From NCBI GenBank assembly GCA_049325595.1, contig JBMOLF010000015.1:128001-192000 (forward strand): 64,000 bases of DNA. Reading direction: 5' to 3'. Both the position numbers and the translations under genes were made by a program. Every line of letters begins with the position of its first letter. Position 1 is the first letter of the stretch. Shown here piece after piece: positions 38,582 through 48,552 of this stretch. Source of the DNA: Candidatus Babelota bacterium (GTDB lineage Bacteria; Babelota; Babeliae; Babelales; Vermiphilaceae). The notes under the pieces were generated by a model, which was not told the DNA's origin, did no database searches, and worked only from the letters and a program-made list of their open reading frames with translations.

Positions 38582-39967
38582 TTAACTTCTCTTTGTATGT
38601 TTTTTTACGGTTTCTATAAAATAGGCGGTGCCATCTTTTATATGCCTATTTTTATTGATTGGATCAACTGAGTAAAGACCATAACGTTTTTGTGATCCCC
38701 ATTCGTAGGAATCAAGCAATGTCCATACAAAATAACCGTGCACGGGAAACTCTTGGGTTGCAACTGATAAAGCATATAAATATCGTTTAAAAAATAAATC
38801 GCGATGCAATTCGTTATCAGTACTAATGCCATTTTCTGTTATGTAAATAGGAATTTTTAATGGTCCTGCCAATGAATGGTATACATCTTTTATAGCTCGA
38901 TATAATCCTTCAGGGTAAATAGAATATAGAGGATTTTGTGTTGGTAGTTCATCTTCAAACGCTGCCACTTTAAAGTTTTTAGATTGGCCATGCGAATAGT
39001 AATTAATACCAATAAAATCAAGCGACCGAGATGCTTCATGATTGCTATGCTTCACTTTAGCAAGCAAAGGAACCTCAACATCAAAATGTCCGGTTCTAAA
39101 AAAATGATATACATTGGTTTCTAATAACGCTTGTGCTGCTTTGGTAGCAATAATATCCCACAGATAACCTGCGTCTATTTGGTAAATACATTGCACTAAA
39201 CCTATTTTAATTTCTTTATTGGCAGTTCGCGCTTTGAGTGCTTTGTACACCCGTACATGTGCTTCAAGCATGGTGCATATTACTGTTTGCATACGTTGGC
39301 CATCTTTTAGTCCTGGTGGCGCCATAGCCTTAAAATATGCTCTTCCTCCATAACTGGTGGGGGAATTTATGGTAATCCACATAGTACAATACGGATGTAA
39401 TCGATCAAAAACAACGCAACAAAAATTTATAAAGTCTGCTATATTTTCTTTTCGTTCAAAGCCACCTTTTGATAAAAACCATAACGGACTTGCAAAATGA
39501 TGAAGCGTTATTACAGGCTTAATGCCGGCTGCACATAGTTCTATACACAACCGCTCATAATGATCAAGAATTGTCTGATCATATACCCCTTGCTCAGGTT
39601 CAATCATGCACCAATCTACGGAAAATCGGTAAGCGTTAATTCCCAGCCTCTGCATTAACACAACATCTTCTTTATAGCGATTCCAATGATCACATGCGTT
39701 TTCTGTCTTTAATGAAACTTTTCCTAATTGTTCCCATCGGCACCAATCACTTTTGGTACAAATTCCTTCAATTTGATGAGCTGAGGTTGAAACACCCCAT
39801 AAAAAATTTTCAGGGAATTTAAGCTGGGTGGTATTAATTTTATGCCAATCCCAGTAGAGGGGATTTTTTTGTATAACCGGCATTTTTTTGTGCCAACTAT
39901 ATAAAACATCTGGCTTTAATAAAATTGTTATTAAGATAATATTTTTAAATAATCTAATCATGAACAA
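38582..39967 (-). CDS. Glycoside hydrolase family 1 protein with atypical acid/base site
   Basis: FLWGVSTSAHQIEG, AYRFS, ITLHH, YITENG, DSYEW; TINSP instead of TxNEP. Confidence 0.92.
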   Translation of the reverse strand: MFMIRLFKNIILITILLKPDVLYSWHKKMPVIQKNPLYWDWHKINTTQLKFPENFLWGVSTSAHQIEGICTKSDWCRWEQLGKVSLKTENACDHWNRYKEDVVLMQRLGINAYRFSVDWCMIEPEQGVYDQTILDHYERLCIELCAAGIKPVITLHHFASPLWFLSKGGFERKENIADFINFCCVVFDRLHPYCTMWITINSPTSYGGRAYFKAMAPPGLKDGQRMQTVICTMLEAHVRVYKALKARTANKEIKIGLVQCIYQIDAGYLWDIIATKAAQALLETNVYHFFRTGHFDVEVPLLAKVKHSNHEASRSLDFIGINYYSHGQSKNFKVAAFEDELPTQNPLYSIYPEGLYRAIKDVYHSLAGPLKIPIYITENGISTDNELHRDLFFKRYLYALSVATQEFPVHGYFVWTLLDSYEWGSQKRYGLYSVDPINKNRHIKDGTAYFIETVKKHTKRS

Positions 39968-40110
39968 TACCCTAAATTTTTAGCGCATGATGTAGCAAGT
40001 TTATTTTTTTTAGCCCTAAAAATACAAGATACCATCACTTTGCTGTACAAGAATGGTTGTCTCTAGTACTCTTTACACAAGAACATATAGCTATTTATCA
40101 AGAGAATAAT

Positions 40111-41535
40111 ATGAGTAATAAACTGCCTGATATTAATACACAATTTCCTGATTGGTACCAAGAAGTTATTCAACAAGCTGAATTAGCTGATCATGCTCCG
40201 GTTCGTGGTTGCATGGTAGTGCGTCCTTATGGTTGGGCAATATGGGAACATATTAAAAATACACTTGATGATCGCATTAAAAAAACCGGCCATCATAATG
40301 CTGCATTTCCTTTATTAATCCCAGAATCTTTTTTTAAAAAAGAAGCAGAACATGTAGAGGGTTTTGCCCCAGAATTGGCAGTAGTTACTCATGCTGGTGG
40401 TAAAGAACTTGAAGAACCATTAGTAGTTCGACCTACTTCTGAAACAATAATCCATTACATGTTTGCTCAATGGATAAAATCATGGCGTGACTTACCTCTT
40501 AAAATAAATCAGTGGGCTAATGTTATTCGCTGGGAAAAAAGATCGCGCCCGTTTTTACGCACTACTGAATTTTTCTGGCAAGAAGGCCATACTGCTCATG
40601 AAACCTATCAAGAAGCTCTTGAAGAAGCCGAGCTCATGCTGCAAGAATACGTAAACCTTTGTCACAACGTTCTTGCTATTCCTGTTATTGCTGGGATTAA
40701 ATCAAAAAAAGAAAAATTCCCTGGGGCTGAAAAAACGATGACCTTCGAGGGCATTATGCCTGATGGCAAAGCGTTGCAAATGGGTACCTCACACTTATTA
40801 AGCCAAAGTTTTGCTCATTCATTTAACATGCAATTTCAAGATCGCAATGGTCAACTTGCAATGCCTTATCTTACTAGCTGGGGAAGCACTACTCGTTTAG
40901 TAGGTGCAGTAATTATGGTGCATGGAGATCAAAAAGGTCTTATTTTACCGCCAAAAATTGCACCTATCCAAATAGTTATTATTCCAATTTTTAAAGCTGG
41001 ACAAGAAAAAGATGCTATTTTAACAAAAGTCTATGAAATTAAAGACCAGCTAGCAGCTCAACACATTCGCGTTGAAATTGATGATAATGAACATAAAACA
41101 CCTGGTGCAAAGTTTTATCATTGGGAATTAAAAGGTGTTCCTTTCCGCCTTGAAATTGGACCGCGTGATTTAGCGCAAAATAATGTGGTTATTGTTAACC
41201 GTCTCACTGGTTATAAATCAGTTATGGCAATTTCAGAGTTAGCAACGAAATTACCAATTATGCTTGATGAGTTTCAAGCCGATTTGTTTGCTCGAGCCCA
41301 TGAAAGACAAAATGCCGTAACACACACCGGTGAAAAACTTATTAATTTTGGACCAATTATGTCAGAGCACAATGGTGTGTATAAAACCGGTTGGTGTCAA
41401 AGAGATGAATGCGAAGAAGCATTACGTGAATACAAAGCAACAACCCGTTGTTTATTACCAACTAAAGAATTTGCTGAATGTTTTAATTGTGCACGTCAAA
41501 GTCTTGGCGATGTTTTAGTAGCAAAAGCATATTGA
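40111..41535 (+). CDS. proS: Proline--tRNA ligase (archaeal/eukaryote-type)
   Basis: HVEGFAPE, RPTSET, EFFWQEGHT, C-terminal AKAY; start chosen at MSNKLP. Confidence 0.96.
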   Translation: MSNKLPDINTQFPDWYQEVIQQAELADHAPVRGCMVVRPYGWAIWEHIKNTLDDRIKKTGHHNAAFPLLIPESFFKKEAEHVEGFAPELAVVTHAGGKELEEPLVVRPTSETIIHYMFAQWIKSWRDLPLKINQWANVIRWEKRSRPFLRTTEFFWQEGHTAHETYQEALEEAELMLQEYVNLCHNVLAIPVIAGIKSKKEKFPGAEKTMTFEGIMPDGKALQMGTSHLLSQSFAHSFNMQFQDRNGQLAMPYLTSWGSTTRLVGAVIMVHGDQKGLILPPKIAPIQIVIIPIFKAGQEKDAILTKVYEIKDQLAAQHIRVEIDDNEHKTPGAKFYHWELKGVPFRLEIGPRDLAQNNVVIVNRLTGYKSVMAISELATKLPIMLDEFQADLFARAHERQNAVTHTGEKLINFGPIMSEHNGVYKTGWCQRDECEEALREYKATTRCLLPTKEFAECFNCARQSLGDVLVAKAY

Positions 41536-41636
41536 TTGTTGCAATCTCTGAGTAATAGCGTTATAAGCATATACGTTATATTTACATACATAATGAGGAC
41601 GGCGCTTGCTGTCCTATTAAAAATCGAAATAAAACT

Positions 41637-42542
41637 ATGTTAGCTATTACTGATTTATTTGAATCTTTTAAGCAATTTTTATTAACACAAAAAAGAGTTT
41701 CTCAAAACACATTTGAAGCATATGTTTCTGACTTATCCCAATTTAAAGAATTTTTATTGCACAACAATATTAGCATTCTTACGTTAGACTCTTCTTGCGT
41801 AAAAAAATATATTTCTTATTTGGTTGAGACTTTACAGTTAAGCGCATCAAGTCGCGCACGCAAGATTTCATGCTTAAAAGCTTTTTTTTCGTTTTTGCAC
41901 ACACACTACAACATTCCTAATTTAGGTCTTGAATTATTAATCCCCAAATTAGAAAAGAGATTGCCACATTTTCTGTCTGAAGCAGAAATAGATCAACTAC
42001 TGCGCGTAGCTGATTTAGATACGACTACTGTTGGGGTCCGCAATAAAACTATGCTGTATCTTTTATATGTCACAGGAATGCGTATTAGTGAGCTTACCAA
42101 TTTAACAATAACGTCATATCATGCTGAAACTGGATTTTTGCGTGTAAATGGTAAAGGAAACAAAATGCGCGAAATTCCACTACCACATTCAATTCTTGAT
42201 ACCCTCAATCACTATGTAACGGTAATTAGACCCAAACTTTGCCAGGAATTACGATCAGATTATATGTTTCCTATTTTGTATGGCGGCTCAGTAAGACCAA
42301 TTACTCGACAAGCATTTTGGGTGATACTCAAAAACTTATGGAAAAAAACTGGCATTAAAAAAAATATTTCACCACATCAACTTAGGCACTCATTAGCGAC
42401 TCATTTACTCAAACGTGGCGCTGATTTACGATCGTTGCAGCAAATACTTGGTCATGAAAATGTTTCTACCGTTCAAATATATACTCACGTTGAAACCACT
42501 CATTTGCGTAAAATATATGATAAGAAACATCCACGCTCATAA
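41637..42542 (+). CDS. xerD: Site-specific tyrosine recombinase XerD
   Basis: LYVTGMRISEL, GKGNK, TRQAFW, SPHQLRHSLATHLL, QIYTHV, HPR end. Confidence 0.88.
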   Translation: MLAITDLFESFKQFLLTQKRVSQNTFEAYVSDLSQFKEFLLHNNISILTLDSSCVKKYISYLVETLQLSASSRARKISCLKAFFSFLHTHYNIPNLGLELLIPKLEKRLPHFLSEAEIDQLLRVADLDTTTVGVRNKTMLYLLYVTGMRISELTNLTITSYHAETGFLRVNGKGNKMREIPLPHSILDTLNHYVTVIRPKLCQELRSDYMFPILYGGSVRPITRQAFWVILKNLWKKTGIKKNISPHQLRHSLATHLLKRGADLRSLQQILGHENVSTVQIYTHVETTHLRKIYDKKHPRS

Positions 42543-42567
42543 TTAACTTAAAAACACGGGGGGAACA

Positions 42568-42936
42568 ATGGCATCTTTAGTTAAATTAATAGCATTATTG
42601 CTGGTTATAAACTGCGGTACTCATATTGATGCTATGGATGATGTGCATATACCGATCAAACAAAAACGAAATTCAACCGAAATTGAGGAAATGAAAAATG
42701 CATGGATCGCTTATGAGTTAGTGGTTACCCATAGAGTTGTGATACATAATTATAAACAAGAACTTCTTGTTCAGTACAATGAATTACGAAAAGCGTTTAA
42801 TATGCCTCCCGGTACTTATATTGATAAAGGATGGCTGGATGGTGTTGAGCATGTGCTATCACATATAATCGATAAACCATATCTTGGATATAAAAAAAAG
42901 AAAAAAAGAAGAAATAAGATTTGTCTTGTGATATAA
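42568..42936 (+). CDS. Small secreted hypothetical protein with basic C-terminus
   Basis: Signal peptide IDA|MD; C-terminal KKKKKRRNKICLVI. Confidence 0.65.
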   Translation: MASLVKLIALLLVINCGTHIDAMDDVHIPIKQKRNSTEIEEMKNAWIAYELVVTHRVVIHNYKQELLVQYNELRKAFNMPPGTYIDKGWLDGVEHVLSHIIDKPYLGYKKKKKRRNKICLVI

Positions 42937-42965
42937 TTGCCTGCTGTTTTGTATAATTATTTTTT

Positions 42966-43496
42966 ATGAAAGAGGCTATGATAGTATTATTACTTGGCAT
43001 TAGCTTGACCGTTTGTTTTACTGCTTTTTCAATGGAACAAGAAGTGTCAACTTCTATAGAATTAATGACAATCATATCGCGGCAATCAAAACAGATTATC
43101 TCAATGCCTGAACTCCAAGAATTACCAGCTATTGTTTGTGTGCAACATGAGGGTAACGATCATGGAGAAATCCATTGGTTTGAGGGAAAAAAATTACAAC
43201 AAAATGGCTATGCCATTGCGCGAACCAAAACATCTAAATTAATTAATATAGTTGCTTACAAAAAAACTGTTTTTAACGTTGACCCCAATAGCATTCTGTT
43301 TAATGATGCAGAGAATTCAATAACATTAACACTTAAAGATTTATCACGAAAAAATAATTTTGTGGTGAAATCGACTATGAAACAATTTCAAAAAGATATT
43401 ATTAACAGCATAAGCATCAATGGTATAGAACATATTTTTCATAGTCCCTATGAAATAATACCCATGGTAAAAAAAATAATACCAATCTCTTATTAA
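42966..43496 (+). CDS. Secreted hypothetical protein
   Basis: Signal AFS|ME; IVCVQH.G motif shared with the next gene. Confidence 0.65.
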   Translation: MKEAMIVLLLGISLTVCFTAFSMEQEVSTSIELMTIISRQSKQIISMPELQELPAIVCVQHEGNDHGEIHWFEGKKLQQNGYAIARTKTSKLINIVAYKKTVFNVDPNSILFNDAENSITLTLKDLSRKNNFVVKSTMKQFQKDIINSISINGIEHIFHSPYEIIPMVKKIIPISY

Positions 43497-43507
43497 AAGG
43501 AAGCTTT

Positions 43508-44167
43508 ATGAACTTATTACAAAAGACTCTTGTTTTTCAATTAGGAGTACTTTGCTCAATTTCTTGTGCAATGGAATTAGTGCCAACTAATCCACCAATT
43601 AGTATTTTGACTATTCAGACAGATCATGAAGAACAATTGTTAATTACGCCAAGTCTTGACCAATCACCTGATATTGTGTGCATACAACACAAAGGTGAAG
43701 ATAACGAGGCTATCAAAGAACTCGAGAAAAAATTAGAAAAAAATTATACCTGTAATAGTTTTAAAGTAAAATCAAATCTAGTTAAGCCTCAAATCGCGCT
43801 GGGTTCTACCATTAATATAATTGGTTATAACAATAATAGTTTTGAGTCTCCAAAAAAAGGTACTATTCAGTCAACTCAAATAGGTCTTAGCAATTGGATG
43901 AATATACCGTTATATAGAAAATGCAATGGTAGCCAAATCCATATAATTTCTGCAATGCCAAAAAAAGATGTTTTTATGGATGAAACTACTATTAAAAAGT
44001 TTATCATAAATGATGCTCATCAATTTGCTGCTAAAACAGATGCTTCAGTAATTGTAGTCGCAGATTTTGAAGGTAATCAAAAACAAGACTCACAGTTAAT
44101 TATCCTTTCAAAAACAGTTGCATATAAATTAGGTATTCAAAAATTAAAATTAATGAACGATAATTAA
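43508..44167 (+). CDS. Secreted hypothetical protein, paralogue of the previous gene (possible degenerate EEP fold)
   Basis: Signal SCA|ME; PDIVCIQH and VVADF resemble EEP-superfamily DxxxxQE and GDFN motifs. Confidence 0.6.
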   Translation: MNLLQKTLVFQLGVLCSISCAMELVPTNPPISILTIQTDHEEQLLITPSLDQSPDIVCIQHKGEDNEAIKELEKKLEKNYTCNSFKVKSNLVKPQIALGSTINIIGYNNNSFESPKKGTIQSTQIGLSNWMNIPLYRKCNGSQIHIISAMPKKDVFMDETTIKKFIINDAHQFAAKTDASVIVVADFEGNQKQDSQLIILSKTVAYKLGIQKLKLMNDN

Positions 44168-44247
44168 TAGAACTTTTTATGGCAACTAAAAAACGGATGA
44201 AATCAATCATCCGTTTTTTTTATGAATTATATGAGTAAAGGAATGTA

Positions 44248-44757
44248 ATGAAAAAATATTTAATTATTGTCTTAAGTTTTTCATTGTTGCGCTGCATGGA
44301 AAAAAATAATATTACTGCATTTGCACCATTTCCCGATCCAAATAATAAGCCTTGTTATGATGGTGGTTGGTTTAAATTAAATGAATTTGAAGAAGCCCCA
44401 ACCAATATTAATCAATGGTTTGAATTATACGGACCGGTTAATAAACCCTATGATATTAGTGATTTATGCAAAGCGACATTATTAAGAAATTTATTTAAAG
44501 AAGCACGCGTGCATAGCTTTTTAAATGATACAGTAAAAAACGAAATTTTAACTGATGAAGAAATAAAAAAAATAATAGAGAGCAAAAAGCCAATCAACGA
44601 TATTAAAGGCCGTATACTTAAAATAGTTTTCTCTGACGCTACAATAAATCTTTATGATTACATGATCTATAATGGACGAAAAGCCGCTGAGACAGCACTT
44701 ATTAATACTAAGAAAATCAAGAAAGAATCATGCTGCGATCATGCTGCCAATGATTAA
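44248..44757 (+). CDS. Secreted hypothetical protein
   Basis: AAGGA SD; signal LRC|ME. Confidence 0.65.
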   Translation: MKKYLIIVLSFSLLRCMEKNNITAFAPFPDPNNKPCYDGGWFKLNEFEEAPTNINQWFELYGPVNKPYDISDLCKATLLRNLFKEARVHSFLNDTVKNEILTDEEIKKIIESKKPINDIKGRILKIVFSDATINLYDYMIYNGRKAAETALINTKKIKKESCCDHAAND

Positions 44758-44790
44758 AATATCCGTCATCAGACTCAATATAACTGAAGG

Positions 44791-45039
44791 ATGTCCATGT
44801 ATAAATACCTACTTGTAAGTTTATTAACTATGAGCACACTCTATGCCATGGATAGAAATAATCAAAATAATGCAAATAATAATAAAGCTAAGATGATAAG
44901 ATATATTCATGAGATTCCATGTACTTTACCATCATCTTCAAGTTCATCGGGCGATGATTCTGACTCAGAAGAAGATCGAATTCGTTTTTGGATTGGGGAA
45001 AGTTTGGCTGAACTTCAAAGAAAATTTTATAACAAATGA
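44791..45039 (+). CDS. Small secreted hypothetical protein
   Basis: Signal LYA|MD; Ser/Asp-rich stretch. Confidence 0.55.
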   Translation: MSMYKYLLVSLLTMSTLYAMDRNNQNNANNNKAKMIRYIHEIPCTLPSSSSSSGDDSDSEEDRIRFWIGESLAELQRKFYNK

Positions 45040-45206
45040 AAAAATCGTATAACGATAATTAATTTATATAAGCGGATATCAATTATTCGCTTTTTTTATT
45101 TTAATAAAACTTTTCATTTTTTCATGCGCATATTATATTGATATTCTAGCCATAAAATTGGAAAAAATATTTAAAAAATTACCGTATAATAAAGGCATTT
45201 ACGCTC

Positions 45207-46331
45207 ATGGAAAGCAACTTTATTGTAGAACAAAAACCGTTCATTTCATTGCTATCTGCAATGCAACCTATTTGCTCAAAACGTACTACTATTGATGCAA
45301 CAAGCATGATTATGTTTCAAATAGGACACAAAGAAGTGGTGTTAAAAAGCACTGATTTAGAAATTAGCTTACAAGCAAGTTACTTGCCTAGTTTGTGCAA
45401 TATTACTGAACCGCATTCATTTTTAGTTCCAGGCAAACGTATTTTTGATATTGTAAAAGAATTGGATGGTGACATACAATTTCAATTGCGTAACAACCAA
45501 CTTTCAATCAAATCAGGTTCGGTTAATTTGTCGTTAAATATTAAAGATGCGCAAGAATTTCCACCATTTCCTGAGCGCATTGAAAATATTATGCACCTTG
45601 ATGCATCATTCTTGCTTAATATGCTTGATAAAGTTGCCTTCTTGATTCCCCAAAATAATGCTAACAACTCATTAAACGGCTTATTCTTAGAAATTTCGCC
45701 AACAGAATTTAAAATGACCACCACGGATGGGCATTGTCTTGCTCAGGTAAGCACCGATAAGTTTACCTTAGAAGAACCTAAAAAATGGTTACTTCCTCGT
45801 CGTGCCGTTTTTGAAGTAAAAAAATTACTCGAAGCTGCGTCAGATAGCCCGGTATTTTTAGGGGTATGCGGTAATCAATTAGTGTTTTCTGGTGAATCAT
45901 TTAACTTCTTCACTAAACTACTTGCCGATCAATTTCCTCAATACAATGCAATCTTAAATAAAGAAGGCTTTGTTGGAGCAGTGGTTGATCGTTCACATTT
46001 AGTTAAAACATTGCGCCGTTCTTCTTGTTTATTATCAGGACAATTTATTGCTACAAAATTTAGTTTTGATTCTAATTCTTTAAATGTATCGATGCAAAAT
46101 AAAGAAGTAGGTAATTTAGAAGAAAATTTACCATTATATCAATTTAATGGTGACCCTATGGATATTCGCTTTTATGCGCCATATCTTTTAAGCGGCCTTC
46201 AAGCATTTGCCGATGATAAAATTAATTTTTTCCTAAAAAATGCTACTAAACCAATTTTATTCCAAAGCGAAACTGATAGCGGCAGACTTACCTATTTGGT
46301 AATGCCAGTATCGCCTACTATGAGTAATTAA
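45207..46331 (+). CDS. dnaN: DNA polymerase III beta clamp
   Basis: STDLEI, TTDGH.LA, FP.Y, YLVMPV; upstream of recF. Confidence 0.93.
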   Translation: MESNFIVEQKPFISLLSAMQPICSKRTTIDATSMIMFQIGHKEVVLKSTDLEISLQASYLPSLCNITEPHSFLVPGKRIFDIVKELDGDIQFQLRNNQLSIKSGSVNLSLNIKDAQEFPPFPERIENIMHLDASFLLNMLDKVAFLIPQNNANNSLNGLFLEISPTEFKMTTTDGHCLAQVSTDKFTLEEPKKWLLPRRAVFEVKKLLEAASDSPVFLGVCGNQLVFSGESFNFFTKLLADQFPQYNAILNKEGFVGAVVDRSHLVKTLRRSSCLLSGQFIATKFSFDSNSLNVSMQNKEVGNLEENLPLYQFNGDPMDIRFYAPYLLSGLQAFADDKINFFLKNATKPILFQSETDSGRLTYLVMPVSPTMSN

Positions 46332-46333
46332 CA

Positions 46334-47410
46334 GTGCAATTGCAACGCCTTACTATCAAAAATTTTCGCTGTTTCGAGTCTTTAGAGCTTAATTTTGGCA
46401 ATGCTATAATTTTCATCGAGGGACTCAATGGTTCGGGAAAAACCTCTATTATAGAGGCGTTGCATTATTTATGCTATCTTCGCTCATTTCGAACTTCAAG
46501 CTCATCTGACTTGCTTCAGTTTGATACTCAGACTTTCTTTGTAAAGGCTGAGATTAAAAATAACGACATTATAGATGAATATCATTCTATTCAAGTAGGT
46601 TTTAAGGGCAAAAAAAAGATCGTTCGCGTTAACCAGAAAGCGGTCAACTCCTATAAAGATTTAATGCATTTTTACCGGGTTATAACCGTTACCGAAGACG
46701 ACCTTGAGCTTATCAAGGGTTCCCCAGAAGCACGTAGAAATTTTATCGATCATGTTATTATTCTTTATAGCCCAGATTTTGCCCAATCTGTTCGTCGCCT
46801 TAAGCATATTGTAGAACAACGTAATGCTATTATCATGCAGGGCAAAAAAGATGCTACCGAATTTGCTATTTGGACTCAGCAGCTTTGGCAGGTTTCCCAG
46901 CATATAAAGCAGTTGCGCAAAGAAACGTTAGTTCAACTTGAGCAGGAAATAGGGGTACTTACCCAGGCATACTTTCCTGATATTGCTATTCAGTTTCATT
47001 ATACCAGTAAATCCAATCAAGACGCGTACGAGCAATTTTTTACAGAAAATTCATCATTATTCGCTCAAGAAGAGCGCCTGGGGCGCTCCTTATTTGGCGC
47101 ACATTTAGATGATTTTTCGGTAACTTTTCAGCAAAAAAAATCTAAGATTTATGCATCACGAGGTCAACAAAAATTGGTTATCATGCTGGTAAAAATTGCG
47201 CAAATGAAGTGGCTCTGCCAACGCAAGGGCCCTGCAATCTTCCTTCTTGATGATTTTATGACTGATTTTGACCGTCAAAAGGGTATTCAGCTTCTCAAGC
47301 CGCTTTTAGATATGAGCAATCAAATAATTATAACAGCACCAGGCACCAATCAGTGGTTAGCCCAAGAATTGCATTCTTATGGTTGTACTTATATAAATCT
47401 TACAGAATGA
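46334..47410 (+). CDS. recF: DNA replication/repair protein RecF
   Basis: GLNGSGKTS, SFRT, ASRGQQK, LLDD. Confidence 0.93.
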   Translation: MQLQRLTIKNFRCFESLELNFGNAIIFIEGLNGSGKTSIIEALHYLCYLRSFRTSSSSDLLQFDTQTFFVKAEIKNNDIIDEYHSIQVGFKGKKKIVRVNQKAVNSYKDLMHFYRVITVTEDDLELIKGSPEARRNFIDHVIILYSPDFAQSVRRLKHIVEQRNAIIMQGKKDATEFAIWTQQLWQVSQHIKQLRKETLVQLEQEIGVLTQAYFPDIAIQFHYTSKSNQDAYEQFFTENSSLFAQEERLGRSLFGAHLDDFSVTFQQKKSKIYASRGQQKLVIMLVKIAQMKWLCQRKGPAIFLLDDFMTDFDRQKGIQLLKPLLDMSNQIIITAPGTNQWLAQELHSYGCTYINLTE

Positions 47411-47450
47411 ATATTTTATTATAAATAAAGCATTATTATTTTTTACTGTT

Positions 47451-47479
47451 TTGACAAACATAAAAATTATCTATATAAT
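47451..47479 (+). promoter_or_regulatory. Consensus sigma70 promoter
   Basis: TTGACA-17 bp-TATAAT. Confidence 0.6.
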
Positions 47480-47602
47480 GTTTGTAATGATATTTGAAAA
47501 AAGATTGTTAAAACAACATTTATTGACATAAAATATTTGACTTTTTTGTAATATCATTTAATTTAATTCTTAGAATCTATAGTCAAAATATAAAAATAAC
47601 TT

Positions 47603-47821
47603 ATGGACTATAAGAAATTTTAATTAGGCTTCATTACTACTCTCCTTTTTTCCATCGCATTGATTTCGGTCAGTGCGGTGGAATTTTTTTTGCTTATTTA
47701 CCATTTTTTTCAATACGATATAGATCAGCTCATGTGTATAAGCAAAGACCTATTTATTTAGTTAGTTATTCGTATAGTGGTCTTTTTTCTATTACTAGTA
47801 GTAAGACGTTTAATTGGTTAG
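47603..47821 (+). pseudogene. Decayed small membrane protein gene
   Basis: 73-codon hydrophobic frame with two in-frame stops. Confidence 0.35.
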
Positions 47822-47996
47822 TAAATTTGTGTGGGTTTTTACGCAGAGATAAATAAATGCCTTCCTTTATAAAGAATAATATAATTAAAACCGCAAAAAA
47901 TTGATTCATCAATAATTTGATTCATCAATGTTCATAAAGTCACGGTCCATCCATCTTCAAATTTTTACATAATGAGCATTATCGGAACATTTTTTG

Positions 47997-48515
47997 CTAA
48001 TTAGCATACGAAAGTACAAATACTGGTACCTGCTTGAGCCCTTCTTTAACTGCCTGATAAAAATAGGTATACCAAAGCTGCTCATTTAACAGTGAAGTTA
48101 GTTCAATCCAAATAAAATCACAGTTAAATTCTTCGCATAAAAAATCTTGCATAGTTTTTTTGGAAGTTGTATCTAAATATCCATAAGCCAATAATGAATT
48201 ATATAGATCAATAATTTCTGGTTCTAAATTATGATTATCTAATGATAAACAACCGATTGCTTGGTAACATCCTAAAGACCTTAACAACATTTTCATTATA
48301 GAGCGTCCAGCTAATGTATCTTTAACTAATATTTGATGTATTCCTGGCGTAAGCATTAATGAATGCCCAGCAATAATATTTTCTTCTTTTGCAAGCCCTG
48401 ACAAAAAACTATAATTAAATGCTTTATTAGTAGTAAATACCGACGACGAGCGCTTTAACATCATAAGATTCCTCTTTGAATGCGCTTTTATACCATTACA
48501 TCCCCTAACTATCAA
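47997..48515 (-). CDS. Hypothetical protein
   Basis: ORF downstream of ruvC; likely start at MMLKR after AGAGGA. Confidence 0.6.
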   Translation of the reverse strand: MIVRGCNGIKAHSKRNLMMLKRSSSVFTTNKAFNYSFLSGLAKEENIIAGHSLMLTPGIHQILVKDTLAGRSIMKMLLRSLGCYQAIGCLSLDNHNLEPEIIDLYNSLLAYGYLDTTSKKTMQDFLCEEFNCDFIWIELTSLLNEQLWYTYFYQAVKEGLKQVPVFVLSYAN

Positions 48516-48552
48516 TCCTACTCTACTTTATTTTATAAAAGAAATGCAATTA

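Noticed and set aside
45124..45150. dif-like GCGCATA upstream of dnaN
   Set aside because: No matching XerD arm; better explained as promoter sequence
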